Assembly: GCA_963850905.1 (NCBI GenBank)
Contig: CAWKMU010000004.1
Coordinates: 256,001 to 320,000, forward strand
From: an uncultured Gemmatimonadales bacterium
GTDB taxonomy: Bacteria > Gemmatimonadota > Gemmatimonadetes > Gemmatimonadales > Gemmatimonadaceae
Direction: 5' to 3'
DNA length: 64,000 nucleotides
Made by a program: the position numbers and the translations under genes. The notes beneath the pieces are model-generated. The model was not told the DNA's origin. It saw only the letters and a list, made by a program, of their open reading frames with translations, and made no database searches. Positions 30,663 to 39,425 of this stretch are shown here, in pieces (within the stretch, counting starts at the first letter, position 1; each line of letters starts with the position of its first letter).

Positions 30663-32828
30663 CTAGAAGGGATGAACCGGCTGCGCTCCTGGATTCGAGG
30701 AGGCCAACAACGCCGAAATGATGCGGTCGCGATCGGGTGACACAGGCAACATGGATCTGGCGAGTTCTGCCGCCTGCTTCGCCTCGTCGGGGGAAAGCCT
30801 CGCCCGGATCGTTGCCTCGACGTCGGCGTCCTCACGGCGCGTTGTGATTAAGGTTCCCCCGCTACTGACATCGAGCAATGCATCGAAATACGCGCGCACC
30901 CCCATCTCGCTTCGGATGCGTCGGATCTCCTCCAGTACGGTCGGCACGCCGCCATGTGACCATAACTGGATCACCCGGTTTCGCACGTCGTAGGCACTCT
31001 CGCGAACGAGTTGCGCGAGCGTGCTATGGAACCAGTCCCGTCCTTCGTCCCAGGGACGCGGTTGTCCATCGACGGAGTAGTGAAAATCGAGCATGCGGCG
31101 CGCACCGCCGGATGCAGCCATCGTCTGATCGATGTTGTTCTGCTGGATTATCCCGAGCTTTTTCTTATCGGCATCCCCCGTCGTGCCTTCGACGATCACG
31201 CCATCTATCACATACAGCGGCTCGCCCAACGCGTAGTAGCCCGGCTTCGGATTCGCGCCTTCGAGTGTGACCTCGGCCCGCCGGGTGTGTCCGTCCTTCG
31301 CATCGATCACAACCACCTGGCCGCCGGCACCGAGTCCAGAGACATCACTTGCGTCCCCGTTCAATACCACCTGCCCATCGATCCGGCCGCTCACGCATCG
31401 GCCATCATCTGCCAAGACGAGGATGCGGCGATCGCCGTGCTCCGCTTCGAGTGCACCCGGCCGACCCCCATCGGCGCTCACGCCGCCGTGGACGAAGTCC
31501 TCATTGACCGGACAACGATATGATGCGACACCCGTCGGCAAGCGAAGCGCCGGCGCCTGAGGCGCCTGTAGCCCCACGGCCAGCCGTGGAGCAGGTTGCG
31601 CAGCCTGGGCAACGAACTCGACGATCGCTGCCATGTGGGCCACTAGTGGCGCGGCGCGGCCATACTCCACACCTGCATGCACCGCGCGCATTGATGGCCG
31701 GACGGCTGCGAGGAGCAACACGAACGGGGCGGCCGTCGCCAACGATAACACCGACGCTCGCGCACTCGACGCCGCGCGCCTGCGGCGCGTATCGAGGATG
31801 AATCGAAGCCGGCCCTCGAGCTCCGAGCGCCGAGCCATGGCAAGCGCCGCGAACCCCGGCGCGACCGAAGGCGTGAGGCCGCGAACGAGCGTCAACAGAT
31901 CCTCGGCGTACGCCGACGCGCGTGTGCCCCGCGTCAACACGACATCGTCACATGCCCCTTCGCGCTCCGCTCGCATGCGAGCAGTCGCTAGCCATGCCAG
32001 GGGATTGAACCAGTTCGCGGCGAGTACGAGTTGCCCCACGAGTTGCGTGGCCGCATCGAACCGGGCCACGTGCGCAAGCTCGTGGAGTAGCACGGCGCGC
32101 CTGCGGGCATGCGACCAGGTCATGGCATCACTCGGCAACAGCAGGACCGGATAGATGACGCCCCACGTGACAGGAACCGTCGGCGATCGCGTCATGAGCA
32201 GTGTGACTGGCCGCCGGATCCCGAGCTCCCGCGCCAAGTCACGCGCCAACATGACCCACTCCGAGTCGGCCACGGGCTCCGCGATGAGCGCTCGGCGCCA
32301 CACAACGACCGTGCCCACGCCGAAGCGCAGGACGAGACACAGTGCCCCGGCGAGCCAGACGACCGCGACCACGAGCGGGAGGTCGATCGCTGCGCGAACG
32401 GGGTGAGCCACCGCAGCTGACGTACGAACCCCTCGAGACTCGGGGATGACCGCGGGCCCACGCGCCGAATGAGACGGGGCGGGTTGCACGGGCGCACCCG
32501 AAGACGCAGGCGCAATGACGGCGTCCGGGAGCCCGGGGCCCGTCGTGGTGCGCGCCATCGGCGCGACCGCGGGCAAGGAGACCGCGATCGCCGGTGTCAC
32601 GCGCGAGAGCCACGGCAGCGCGGCAACCATCACAATCGCGACGGCCCAGACCGCATATCGAGTGGCCGCGGCGCGGTGGCGGAGCAACGCGGAGACGACC
32701 CACGCCACGAGCAACACGACGGTGGCGCGCGCGGTATAGTCGACCAGGCCGACGAGCAGCGAGCGCGCCGCATGCTCTGGACGCAGCGTGCCAGTCGGGA
32801 ACAGCGTGACGCCCAGTGCGTTCAGCAT
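30663..32828 (-). CDS. BlaR1-like M56 metallopeptidase with extended C-terminal extracellular region
   Basis: LLHELAH, WFNPLAW, EREGACDD and YAEDLL; directly follows blaI. Confidence 0.9.
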   Translation of the reverse strand: MLNALGVTLFPTGTLRPEHAARSLLVGLVDYTARATVVLLVAWVVSALLRHRAAATRYAVWAVAIVMVAALPWLSRVTPAIAVSLPAVAPMARTTTGPGLPDAVIAPASSGAPVQPAPSHSARGPAVIPESRGVRTSAAVAHPVRAAIDLPLVVAVVWLAGALCLVLRFGVGTVVVWRRALIAEPVADSEWVMLARDLARELGIRRPVTLLMTRSPTVPVTWGVIYPVLLLPSDAMTWSHARRRAVLLHELAHVARFDAATQLVGQLVLAANWFNPLAWLATARMRAEREGACDDVVLTRGTRASAYAEDLLTLVRGLTPSVAPGFAALAMARRSELEGRLRFILDTRRRRAASSARASVLSLATAAPFVLLLAAVRPSMRAVHAGVEYGRAAPLVAHMAAIVEFVAQAAQPAPRLAVGLQAPQAPALRLPTGVASYRCPVNEDFVHGGVSADGGRPGALEAEHGDRRILVLADDGRCVSGRIDGQVVLNGDASDVSGLGAGGQVVVIDAKDGHTRRAEVTLEGANPKPGYYALGEPLYVIDGVIVEGTTGDADKKKLGIIQQNNIDQTMAASGGARRMLDFHYSVDGQPRPWDEGRDWFHSTLAQLVRESAYDVRNRVIQLWSHGGVPTVLEEIRRIRSEMGVRAYFDALLDVSSGGTLITTRREDADVEATIRARLSPDEAKQAAELARSMLPVSPDRDRIISALLASSNPGAQPVHPF

Positions 32829-32829
32829 G

Positions 32830-33219
32830 TCAGCGTCCCTCCTTCTTGGCCTGCTCGATCAAGGCGCCCAACCGAGCCGCCTCTTCGTCATCGAGGCTGT
32901 CGCCTGACAGACGGATCAGCGCGGCCACGGCGTCCGCCGCCGACCCATCAAAGAACGTGTCCACGAGATGCCGCAGCGCTGACCGTCGAGCCGCCATCCG
33001 CGCTTGCACGGGCTCGTAAATGTACCGCGCCCCCTCGGACCGGTGACGGACGTGCCCCTTGCGCTCGAGGATCCGCAGCAGGGCCCGCACCGCGGAGTAG
33101 CTCGGTGCCTCCGCGATCCCCGCGCGCACCTCCGACGCCGTGGCCGACCGGCTCGCATGCAGGAAATCCATGATCTGCCGCTCACGCCGGCTCAGACTCG
33201 TCGATCCCCCTGCGACCAT
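32830..33219 (-). CDS. BlaI/MecI/CopY-family transcriptional repressor
   Basis: LSRRERQIMD, SYSAVRALLRILERKGHV and LVDTFFDGS. Confidence 0.94.
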   Translation of the reverse strand: MVAGGSTSLSRRERQIMDFLHASRSATASEVRAGIAEAPSYSAVRALLRILERKGHVRHRSEGARYIYEPVQARMAARRSALRHLVDTFFDGSAADAVAALIRLSGDSLDDEEAARLGALIEQAKKEGR

Positions 33220-33237
33220 CGCCCGCCCCCGAAGGAA

Positions 33238-33273
33238 GTGCTAAGAGCTTAGCACAGTGCTAAAATATTAGCA
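33238..33273. promoter_or_regulatory. Tandem palindromic operator (TGCTAA-N4-TTAGCA x2), likely the BlaI autoregulatory site
   Basis: GTGCTAAGAGCTTAGCAC (33238-33255) and TGCTAAAATATTAGCA (33258-33273), immediately upstream of blaI. Confidence 0.78.
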
Positions 33274-33280
33274 AGGGGCT

Positions 33281-33389
33281 GGACGTTAGACGTTGGACGT
33301 TAGACGTTGGAGAAAAACCTCGAGGCCGAGCCACAGCTTGGCGTAGCCGGCCCTCGGGTTTGTTTTCTAACGTCCAACGTCCTACGTCC
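33281..33389. repeat. Inverted heptamer arrays (GACGTTR)n / (YAACGTC)n flanking an imperfect terminator-like hairpin
   Basis: ggacgttagacgttggacgttagacgttgg ... AAACCTCGAGG..CCTCGGGTTT ... ctaacgtccaacgtcctacgtc. Confidence 0.75.
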
Positions 33390-33395
33390 CGCAGT

Positions 33396-35351
33396 TCAGG
33401 GCAGTACCTGTACCTGCACTCCACTCGCGTGTCCCTGGTCCGCCCATACGAACTCGGTGGCCTTCACGAAATCGCTCGAGTTTGCTTCGTAAATGTTCGG
33501 GACGTATCGCTGCGGATTGCGATCGAACGCTGGGAACCAGGTGCTCTGCACCTGCACCATCATCCGGTGGCCCTGCTTGAATGTGTGCAGCACATCCTGC
33601 AACCGGAACGACACATCCGTGACGGCGTTAGGCTGCATCGGGATGGGATGCGCGAACGAACGACGAAACCGCGCCCGCATGATTTCCCCTCGCACCAGTT
33701 GCTCGTAGCCGCCCATATGAATGTTCGTATCGGGGCGGAAGGGGAGATCGGGTTCATTCATCGGGTACACATCGATCAGCTTCACGACATAGTCGGCGTC
33801 GGTGCCGGTCGTGCTCACCTGCAGCTTGGCCGTTATCTCGCCGCCCAGGGTCACGTCATGGTCGAGCACCGGCGTCTCGAAGGTGAGCACATCGCCACGC
33901 GACCGATCGCAGCGCTGATCGTCGCTCATGTACTTCCAGAGCGTGAGCCCCTGGATCGTCGGCACAAGACAGCGACTCGGTACGGGCTTGGCCGGATCGC
34001 TGACGTACGCGAGCGACGCGTGGCTCTCGGTCGGGACCGTGGTCGACAGCGACCCATCGGCGTGCAGGTAGTACATGACGGTCTTGGCTTCCGGGGCTGG
34101 CCAGCGCGTGAACGACTGCCAGTCCTTCTTCCCGGTGTTGAACATGTACGCCTCGGGTAGCCCGGTATTGCCGTCGGCCGGCCCCTTGAGCCAGTGGTGG
34201 AAGTATGGCGTCTCCACGTCGCGCTGGTACTTCGTCTCCAGCGAGTCGCCGAAGTAGATGTCGCCGTGGAACGTGTGGCCGACGCGCAGCGCATGCCACC
34301 CGCCATGGCGGAACGGCCCCTCGACGATCGACACCTTCGCTTGAGGGTCGTACCTCTTCAAAGTCTTATAGACGGTGAGTGGCCCATACAGATCCTCGGC
34401 GTCGAACCAGCCACCCACTGCCATCACCGCGTGTTTGACGCCGCGGAGGTTGTCGGGCACGGCGCGGGTCGCCCACATCGAGTCATAGTTTGGGTGGTGC
34501 ACGATCTCTTCCCAGAAGAAGTTGTCCTTGTAATACCGCTCCGTCGTGGTCCTGAGCGGCCCCAACGACAACTGAAACGCGTAGTCATCCGGTAAGCCGA
34601 CGTCGGCGAGCATCTTCGACATCCACCAGTCTTTGGTCGTGGGTTCCGGATGCTGGATGCCAAAGACCGGATAGGCGTAGAAATACGCCTGTGTCAACGC
34701 GCCGTTATGGTGAAAATCCTCAAAGAAGAAGTCGGTCACCGGAGCCTGCGGCGACGAGACGACGAGCGCGGGATGACGGGACAACGCACCCATCGAGGTG
34801 AAGTATCCTGGGTAGCTGACACCGTACTGCCCGACCTTTCCACTGTTGTACCGCACATTTTTGACGAGCCAATCGATCGTGTCGTACGTGTCCGACGCCT
34901 CGTCGATTGCCTTCGGGTCGCGCGCCTTTACTGAATCCGGCACAAAGGGGCGCATGTTGACCCACGTCCCCTCGGACATGTAGCGACCGCGCACATCCTG
35001 GTACACGAAGATGTACTTGTCACGCATCATGAACGGGTTCGGACCGAGCTCGTGCGCATACTTATCCGGCCCGTACGGGGCGATCGAATAGCAGGTCCGC
35101 ATCATGACCATGGGATAGGTGCTCGACGACGACGCGTCCTTGGGCGTGTACACGATCGTGAAGAGCTTCACGCCATCCCGCATGGGAATTTGGTACTCGG
35201 CCTTGCTGAAGTTCTCGCGAACGAGAGCCGAGTCGCTCTCCTGCGCCCCGAGAACCGGCACCAGGATCGAGGATGCCACGCCGACCAGCGCAGCTGCCCG
35301 GAGATGTGCTCGGGACGTTGGAAAAAAAAGTCGGTGCTGGAGTCGGTGCAT
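33396..35351 (-). CDS. CocE/NonD-family serine hydrolase (alpha-amino acid ester hydrolase / glutaryl-7-ACA acylase-like), secreted
   Basis: IPMRDGVKL, QDVRGRYMSEG, GVSYPG, GGWFDAED, GPFRHG and PepX C-terminal VQVQSTWFP. Confidence 0.92.
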   Translation of the reverse strand: MHRLQHRLFFPTSRAHLRAAALVGVASSILVPVLGAQESDSALVRENFSKAEYQIPMRDGVKLFTIVYTPKDASSSSTYPMVMMRTCYSIAPYGPDKYAHELGPNPFMMRDKYIFVYQDVRGRYMSEGTWVNMRPFVPDSVKARDPKAIDEASDTYDTIDWLVKNVRYNSGKVGQYGVSYPGYFTSMGALSRHPALVVSSPQAPVTDFFFEDFHHNGALTQAYFYAYPVFGIQHPEPTTKDWWMSKMLADVGLPDDYAFQLSLGPLRTTTERYYKDNFFWEEIVHHPNYDSMWATRAVPDNLRGVKHAVMAVGGWFDAEDLYGPLTVYKTLKRYDPQAKVSIVEGPFRHGGWHALRVGHTFHGDIYFGDSLETKYQRDVETPYFHHWLKGPADGNTGLPEAYMFNTGKKDWQSFTRWPAPEAKTVMYYLHADGSLSTTVPTESHASLAYVSDPAKPVPSRCLVPTIQGLTLWKYMSDDQRCDRSRGDVLTFETPVLDHDVTLGGEITAKLQVSTTGTDADYVVKLIDVYPMNEPDLPFRPDTNIHMGGYEQLVRGEIMRARFRRSFAHPIPMQPNAVTDVSFRLQDVLHTFKQGHRMMVQVQSTWFPAFDRNPQRYVPNIYEANSSDFVKATEFVWADQGHASGVQVQVLP

Positions 35352-35509
35352 GGCTGGGATGGATGAAAAGGGAAGATCCGAACCGAGTGTAACTTGGACC
35401 CTCGCCTCTGACACGTCGAGTCCGTGCATCCGACCGCGCCAATCGCAATGTAGCCCCGTGCACGCCTGCGCACGATATTCTCCGCGGACCAGAACAAGGA
35501 GAAACCGTC

Positions 35510-37322
35510 GTGAGCTCGCGCAGAGAGTTCTTCGTCCGTGCCCCCGCAGGTCTGCTGGCATTGAGCGCCGCGTGCAGCGGCCAGACGGAACAGCAGGCGA
35601 CGACCCCGGCATCCTCGCCTGCGACGCCCGGCGCGCCGCCGACGTTCGCGTCGGCGCCAGAAGTCGGCCCCGCCGTCTCGACGAGGACCTTCATCGAAGC
35701 GGAGAAGCTCGCCCAGGTATCGTTCACCGACCCCGAGCGGACCATGGCAGCCGACACCTGGCGGCGATCGATGGCTCCCTACCTCGAGCGACGCGTCGGG
35801 CCACGGAAGGTGGCGCTGGATGCGCCGGTCGCGCCTGCGACCGTTTGGAACCCTGTGCTCGGAGGCCAAACAATGGGTCCGACGCGGGACCGCTTCGTGC
35901 GCAGCACGACCGACCCGGGCCCACTGCCGGCCGCCGATGCCGACATTGCCTTCGCATCGGTCACGCAGCTGTCCCGATGGATCGAGCGGCGACAGCTCAC
36001 GTCCGAGCGCCTGACGAACATCTACCTGGATCGCCTACGGCGCTTCAATCCGCAGCTGCGCTGCGTGATCACGCTGACTCCGGACGTCGCTCTGACACAG
36101 GCCAAGGCCGCCGACCAGGAGATTGCCGCGGGTAAGTATCGTGGCCCTCTGCAGGGCATCCCGTGGGGTGGGAAGGACCTGCTCGACACGGCCGGCATCC
36201 CGACGACCTGGGGTGCGGAACCCTATCGCAACCGGGTGCCCACGAAGGACGCGGTCGTCGTGCAGCGCCTCCGCGATGCGGGCGCCGTTCTTGTTGCCAA
36301 GCTGAGCCTTGGCGCCCTGGCCCTCAACGACGTCTGGTTCGGCGGGCAGACGATGAATCCCTGGCTCCTCGAAGAGGGCGCCTCCGGATCGAGCGCGGGC
36401 CCCGCCGCCGCCACCGCGGCCGGGTTGGTCGGCTTCGCCGTCGGCAGTGAGACCGGCGGGAGCATCGTGGCGCCGGCCATGCGCTGCGGAGTCACGGGAC
36501 TCCGGCCAACGTTCGGCCGCGTGCCCCGCACCGGAGCAATGACGCTTTGCTGGTCGCTCGACAAGCTCGGGCCCATGACTCGCAGCGTCGAGGACGCAAT
36601 GCTCGTACTCCACGCGATCACCGGTCCGGACGGGGACGACGTCGCGTGCCTCCCAAGCCACCTGGACTTCGACGCAGCCGCCCCAGTGAAAGGCTTGCGA
36701 GTCGGATACTTCCCCGCGTGGATGCGCGAGGCGCCCGCGACAGAATGTCGATCGTGCCGCACTCGATACCGTTCGGCAGCTGGGCTTGGTGCCCGTCGAG
36801 GTGTCGATTCCCGACTGGCCCTACGACTCGCTCAATGTCGTGCTATTCGCCGAAGCCGCCGCGTCGTTCGAGGAGATGACGCTGAGTGATGAGCTCAGTC
36901 AGCTCCGCATGCAGGTGCCCGACGCATGGCCCAACCAGTTCCGGCAGGCGCGATTCCTCTCCGCGGTGGATTTCGTTCAAACCGATCGCTTCCGCCGCCG
37001 CGTCGCTGGCGAGATGGCGCGGGTCTTCTCCCAGGTCGATCTCCTGCTCGTCCCGTCGTTGCGGGACGAATTCCTCGTGATCACCAACTTCACCGGACAA
37101 CCGTCGCTCACGCTGCGCGCGGGCTTCGTCCAGGTGTCACAGGCGCGCAGTGACTGGGCCCCCGACCCCAAGAACCCACTCCCCACCTTCTCACCACCAC
37201 GGCGCGTCCCCCACGGCGTCACCCTGGTCGGGCGCCTCTTCAATGAGGGAACGATGGTCCGCGCCGGCGTCGCTATGGAACGGGCAATGAACGTCGTCCG
37301 GGAGCGGCCACCTGGGTTCTGA
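35510..37322 (+). pseudogene. Amidase-signature family Tat lipoprotein, +1 frameshift near 36745 (probably intact in vivo)
   Basis: SRREF Tat motif plus SAAC; GKDLLD, SGSSAG and GSETGGSI. Removing one A from CAGAATG gives TDVDRAALDTVRQLGLVPVEV and joins ORF 36786-37322. Confidence 0.88.
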
Positions 37323-37328
37323 GAGGCC

Positions 37329-37561
37329 GGGTGACGGGTGACGGGTAACGGGCAACGCCCGTTATCGGATGGCCGGCCTGAAGGCCGCCCCTACATGTTG
37401 CTGCGGGCAGCACGAGGGTGGAATTCCTTCCACGAGCAAGCGATCACCGGATGGCTACGATGCACCTGTAGGGGTGGTCTTCAGGCCACCCCCTGTTCTC
37501 GGTATCGTCGTTACCCCTGACCCGTTCTCCGTTTACCCGTCACCCGTTACCCGTTACCCGT
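37329..37561. repeat. REPIN/BIME-like composite: inverted pair of a second GTAG-REP type, flanked by inverted (GGGTRAC)n arrays
   Basis: GGCCGGCCTGAAGGCCGCCCCTACA (37371-37395) and TGTAGGGGTGGTCTTCAGGCCACCCC (37467-37492), 71-bp spacer. Confidence 0.75.
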
Positions 37562-38131
37562 AGCCCCGCCTGAACGCCAAGCCACGCCCTATACACCACC
37601 TCGTGCTTCGCCGCGCCCGGACCTAGCGTGCTCCCCATGAGTTCCAGACTGTCGACCTCGGCGACCGTGCGATCGGTGACGTCGCACGCCGCGCACTCGA
37701 GGTCCCGAAGCTGATCGGCCGACACTCGCTCGTCGAGCCGCGCAAGCGTGATGTGCGGAATGAAAGGGACGTCCCTCACCGGGTATCCCGAGGTCGCGGC
37801 ATGCCCGCGCGACCGACTCCGCTAGCTGCATCAGCGGTGGGCACTGCTCGACGCCGAGCCAGACGACCCGCGCACGCCGCCACATGGGAAACGCGCCCAC
37901 CCCCTGAACGACCAGCGACAATGGTGTGGACGCGGCAGCAATGGCGTCGAGCGCCGGCGCCAACGAAGGCACCAGCGATTCGGGTTGCTCGCCGAGGAAA
38001 GCGAGCGTGAGGTGCATTTGCCCCGCCGGAGCCCACCGCGCTCGCGGCGCGGCAGCGCGCAAGGGCGCCATCCCCTCCGCCCACCGGGTGCGTAGCTCCT
38101 CTGGAAAGTTCATCGCGATAAACAGACGCAT
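37540..38131 (-). pseudogene. thpR: RNA 2',3'-cyclic phosphodiesterase (2H phosphoesterase), +1 frameshift near 37760
   Basis: MRLFIA, HLTLAFLG, and RPFHPHITLAR after removing one base. Confidence 0.88.
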
Positions 38132-38207
38132 GGTCCCGACCTGTGCAGGCTAGCGTTCAAGCTATCAACCAGATCGAGCCCCCGGACATCCGGCGGCAGA
38201 CTATTCC

Positions 38208-39425
38208 ATGCGCACGGGCTGTGCGATATACACAGGCATGTTCCTAGACATCTCTCGCCTGCCGCTGTCGCCGCTCGCTACCTGGACCCAAGGCCTACCC
38301 GCTCAAGCTGCGCAAGCCGCGGGCGCCACGCAGACGGACACGTCGCAGCATCTGCCAGCCCTTCCCCCAATCGGGAAAGACGCTGCCGCGGTGCTGCAGG
38401 ATTCCTTGGCGGGCTTGCCGCAGCGGGCCGAGCGCTGGGTATCGGCCACCATCGGTGCCGCCGTTCGCCTTCTGCCGCGCCTTCTCCTCGCCCTCTTCGC
38501 GGCGGCCGTCATCATCGCGCTGACCATCTGGGTGCGCCGCATTGTCGTTCGGCGTGAAGGTCTCCAGGCAGTAACCAGACAGGGGTCGAAGGTGGGCCTC
38601 ACCGGGTTGCTCGCGGCCGGCGTGGTCGCCGCTGCCATCGCCGGAGCATCGACACTCGCGGCCGCGCTCCTCGTCTTTCTCATCTTTCAAGCCACCGCGG
38701 CGCTCGCGCAGTTGTTTGGTCAGCGGATCTTCCGCCGGTCCCGTGTCGGGCCAGCCGCGTCGGAGCTGCTGCTGGCGGTCGTGCGGACCGCATTGTTGGC
38801 GCTCGGGACAGCCGAAGCGTTGGCCACCATTGGGCTCAACCTCAGCGGGGTCTTCGCCGGTCTCGGGATCATCGGACTGGCGGTAGGCTTTGCCGCGCAG
38901 GACACGCTCGCCAACCTCATCGCAGGCTTCACGATCCTGTGGGATCGACCCATCGCGGTCGATGACTGGGTACAAGTCGGTGACGGGCCACCGGGACGCG
39001 TGCGACACCTGACGCTTCGGACGACGCGCATCGAAACGGTCGACCTCGGGATGCTCGTCGTTCCAAACAAGGACGTGACGGGTTCTCGACTCTACAACTA
39101 CACGATGCTGGATATCGGACGGCTGCGAATCAATGTGGGCGTCCCCACTGACGCGGACGTCGAGAAGGCACGGGGTACACTGCTCCGAGTCGCCACGGCC
39201 GACAGTCGGGTCGCAAATTCACCGCCCCCCGTCGTCAACGTCGTCGCGATCGGGGACGCAGCGATCACGCTCGAGTTGGTCGTGAACGCCTCGGAGCTCC
39301 ACGTGGTCCGTCCACTCCGCGCGACGTTGACTGAGCAGATCATCAGCGCCTTCCGAACGGATGGCGTGAAGGTGATGGAACCGCACCCGCCGCCCGAAGG
39401 GACACGCGGTCCCTGGACTGACTAG
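38208..39425 (+). CDS. Small-conductance mechanosensitive channel (MscS family)
   Basis: GLAVGFAAQDTLANLIAG, DWVQVG, LRTTRI and VPN motifs; the start may be 38238. Confidence 0.9.
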   Translation: MRTGCAIYTGMFLDISRLPLSPLATWTQGLPAQAAQAAGATQTDTSQHLPALPPIGKDAAAVLQDSLAGLPQRAERWVSATIGAAVRLLPRLLLALFAAAVIIALTIWVRRIVVRREGLQAVTRQGSKVGLTGLLAAGVVAAAIAGASTLAAALLVFLIFQATAALAQLFGQRIFRRSRVGPAASELLLAVVRTALLALGTAEALATIGLNLSGVFAGLGIIGLAVGFAAQDTLANLIAGFTILWDRPIAVDDWVQVGDGPPGRVRHLTLRTTRIETVDLGMLVVPNKDVTGSRLYNYTMLDIGRLRINVGVPTDADVEKARGTLLRVATADSRVANSPPPVVNVVAIGDAAITLELVVNASELHVVRPLRATLTEQIISAFRTDGVKVMEPHPPPEGTRGPWTD

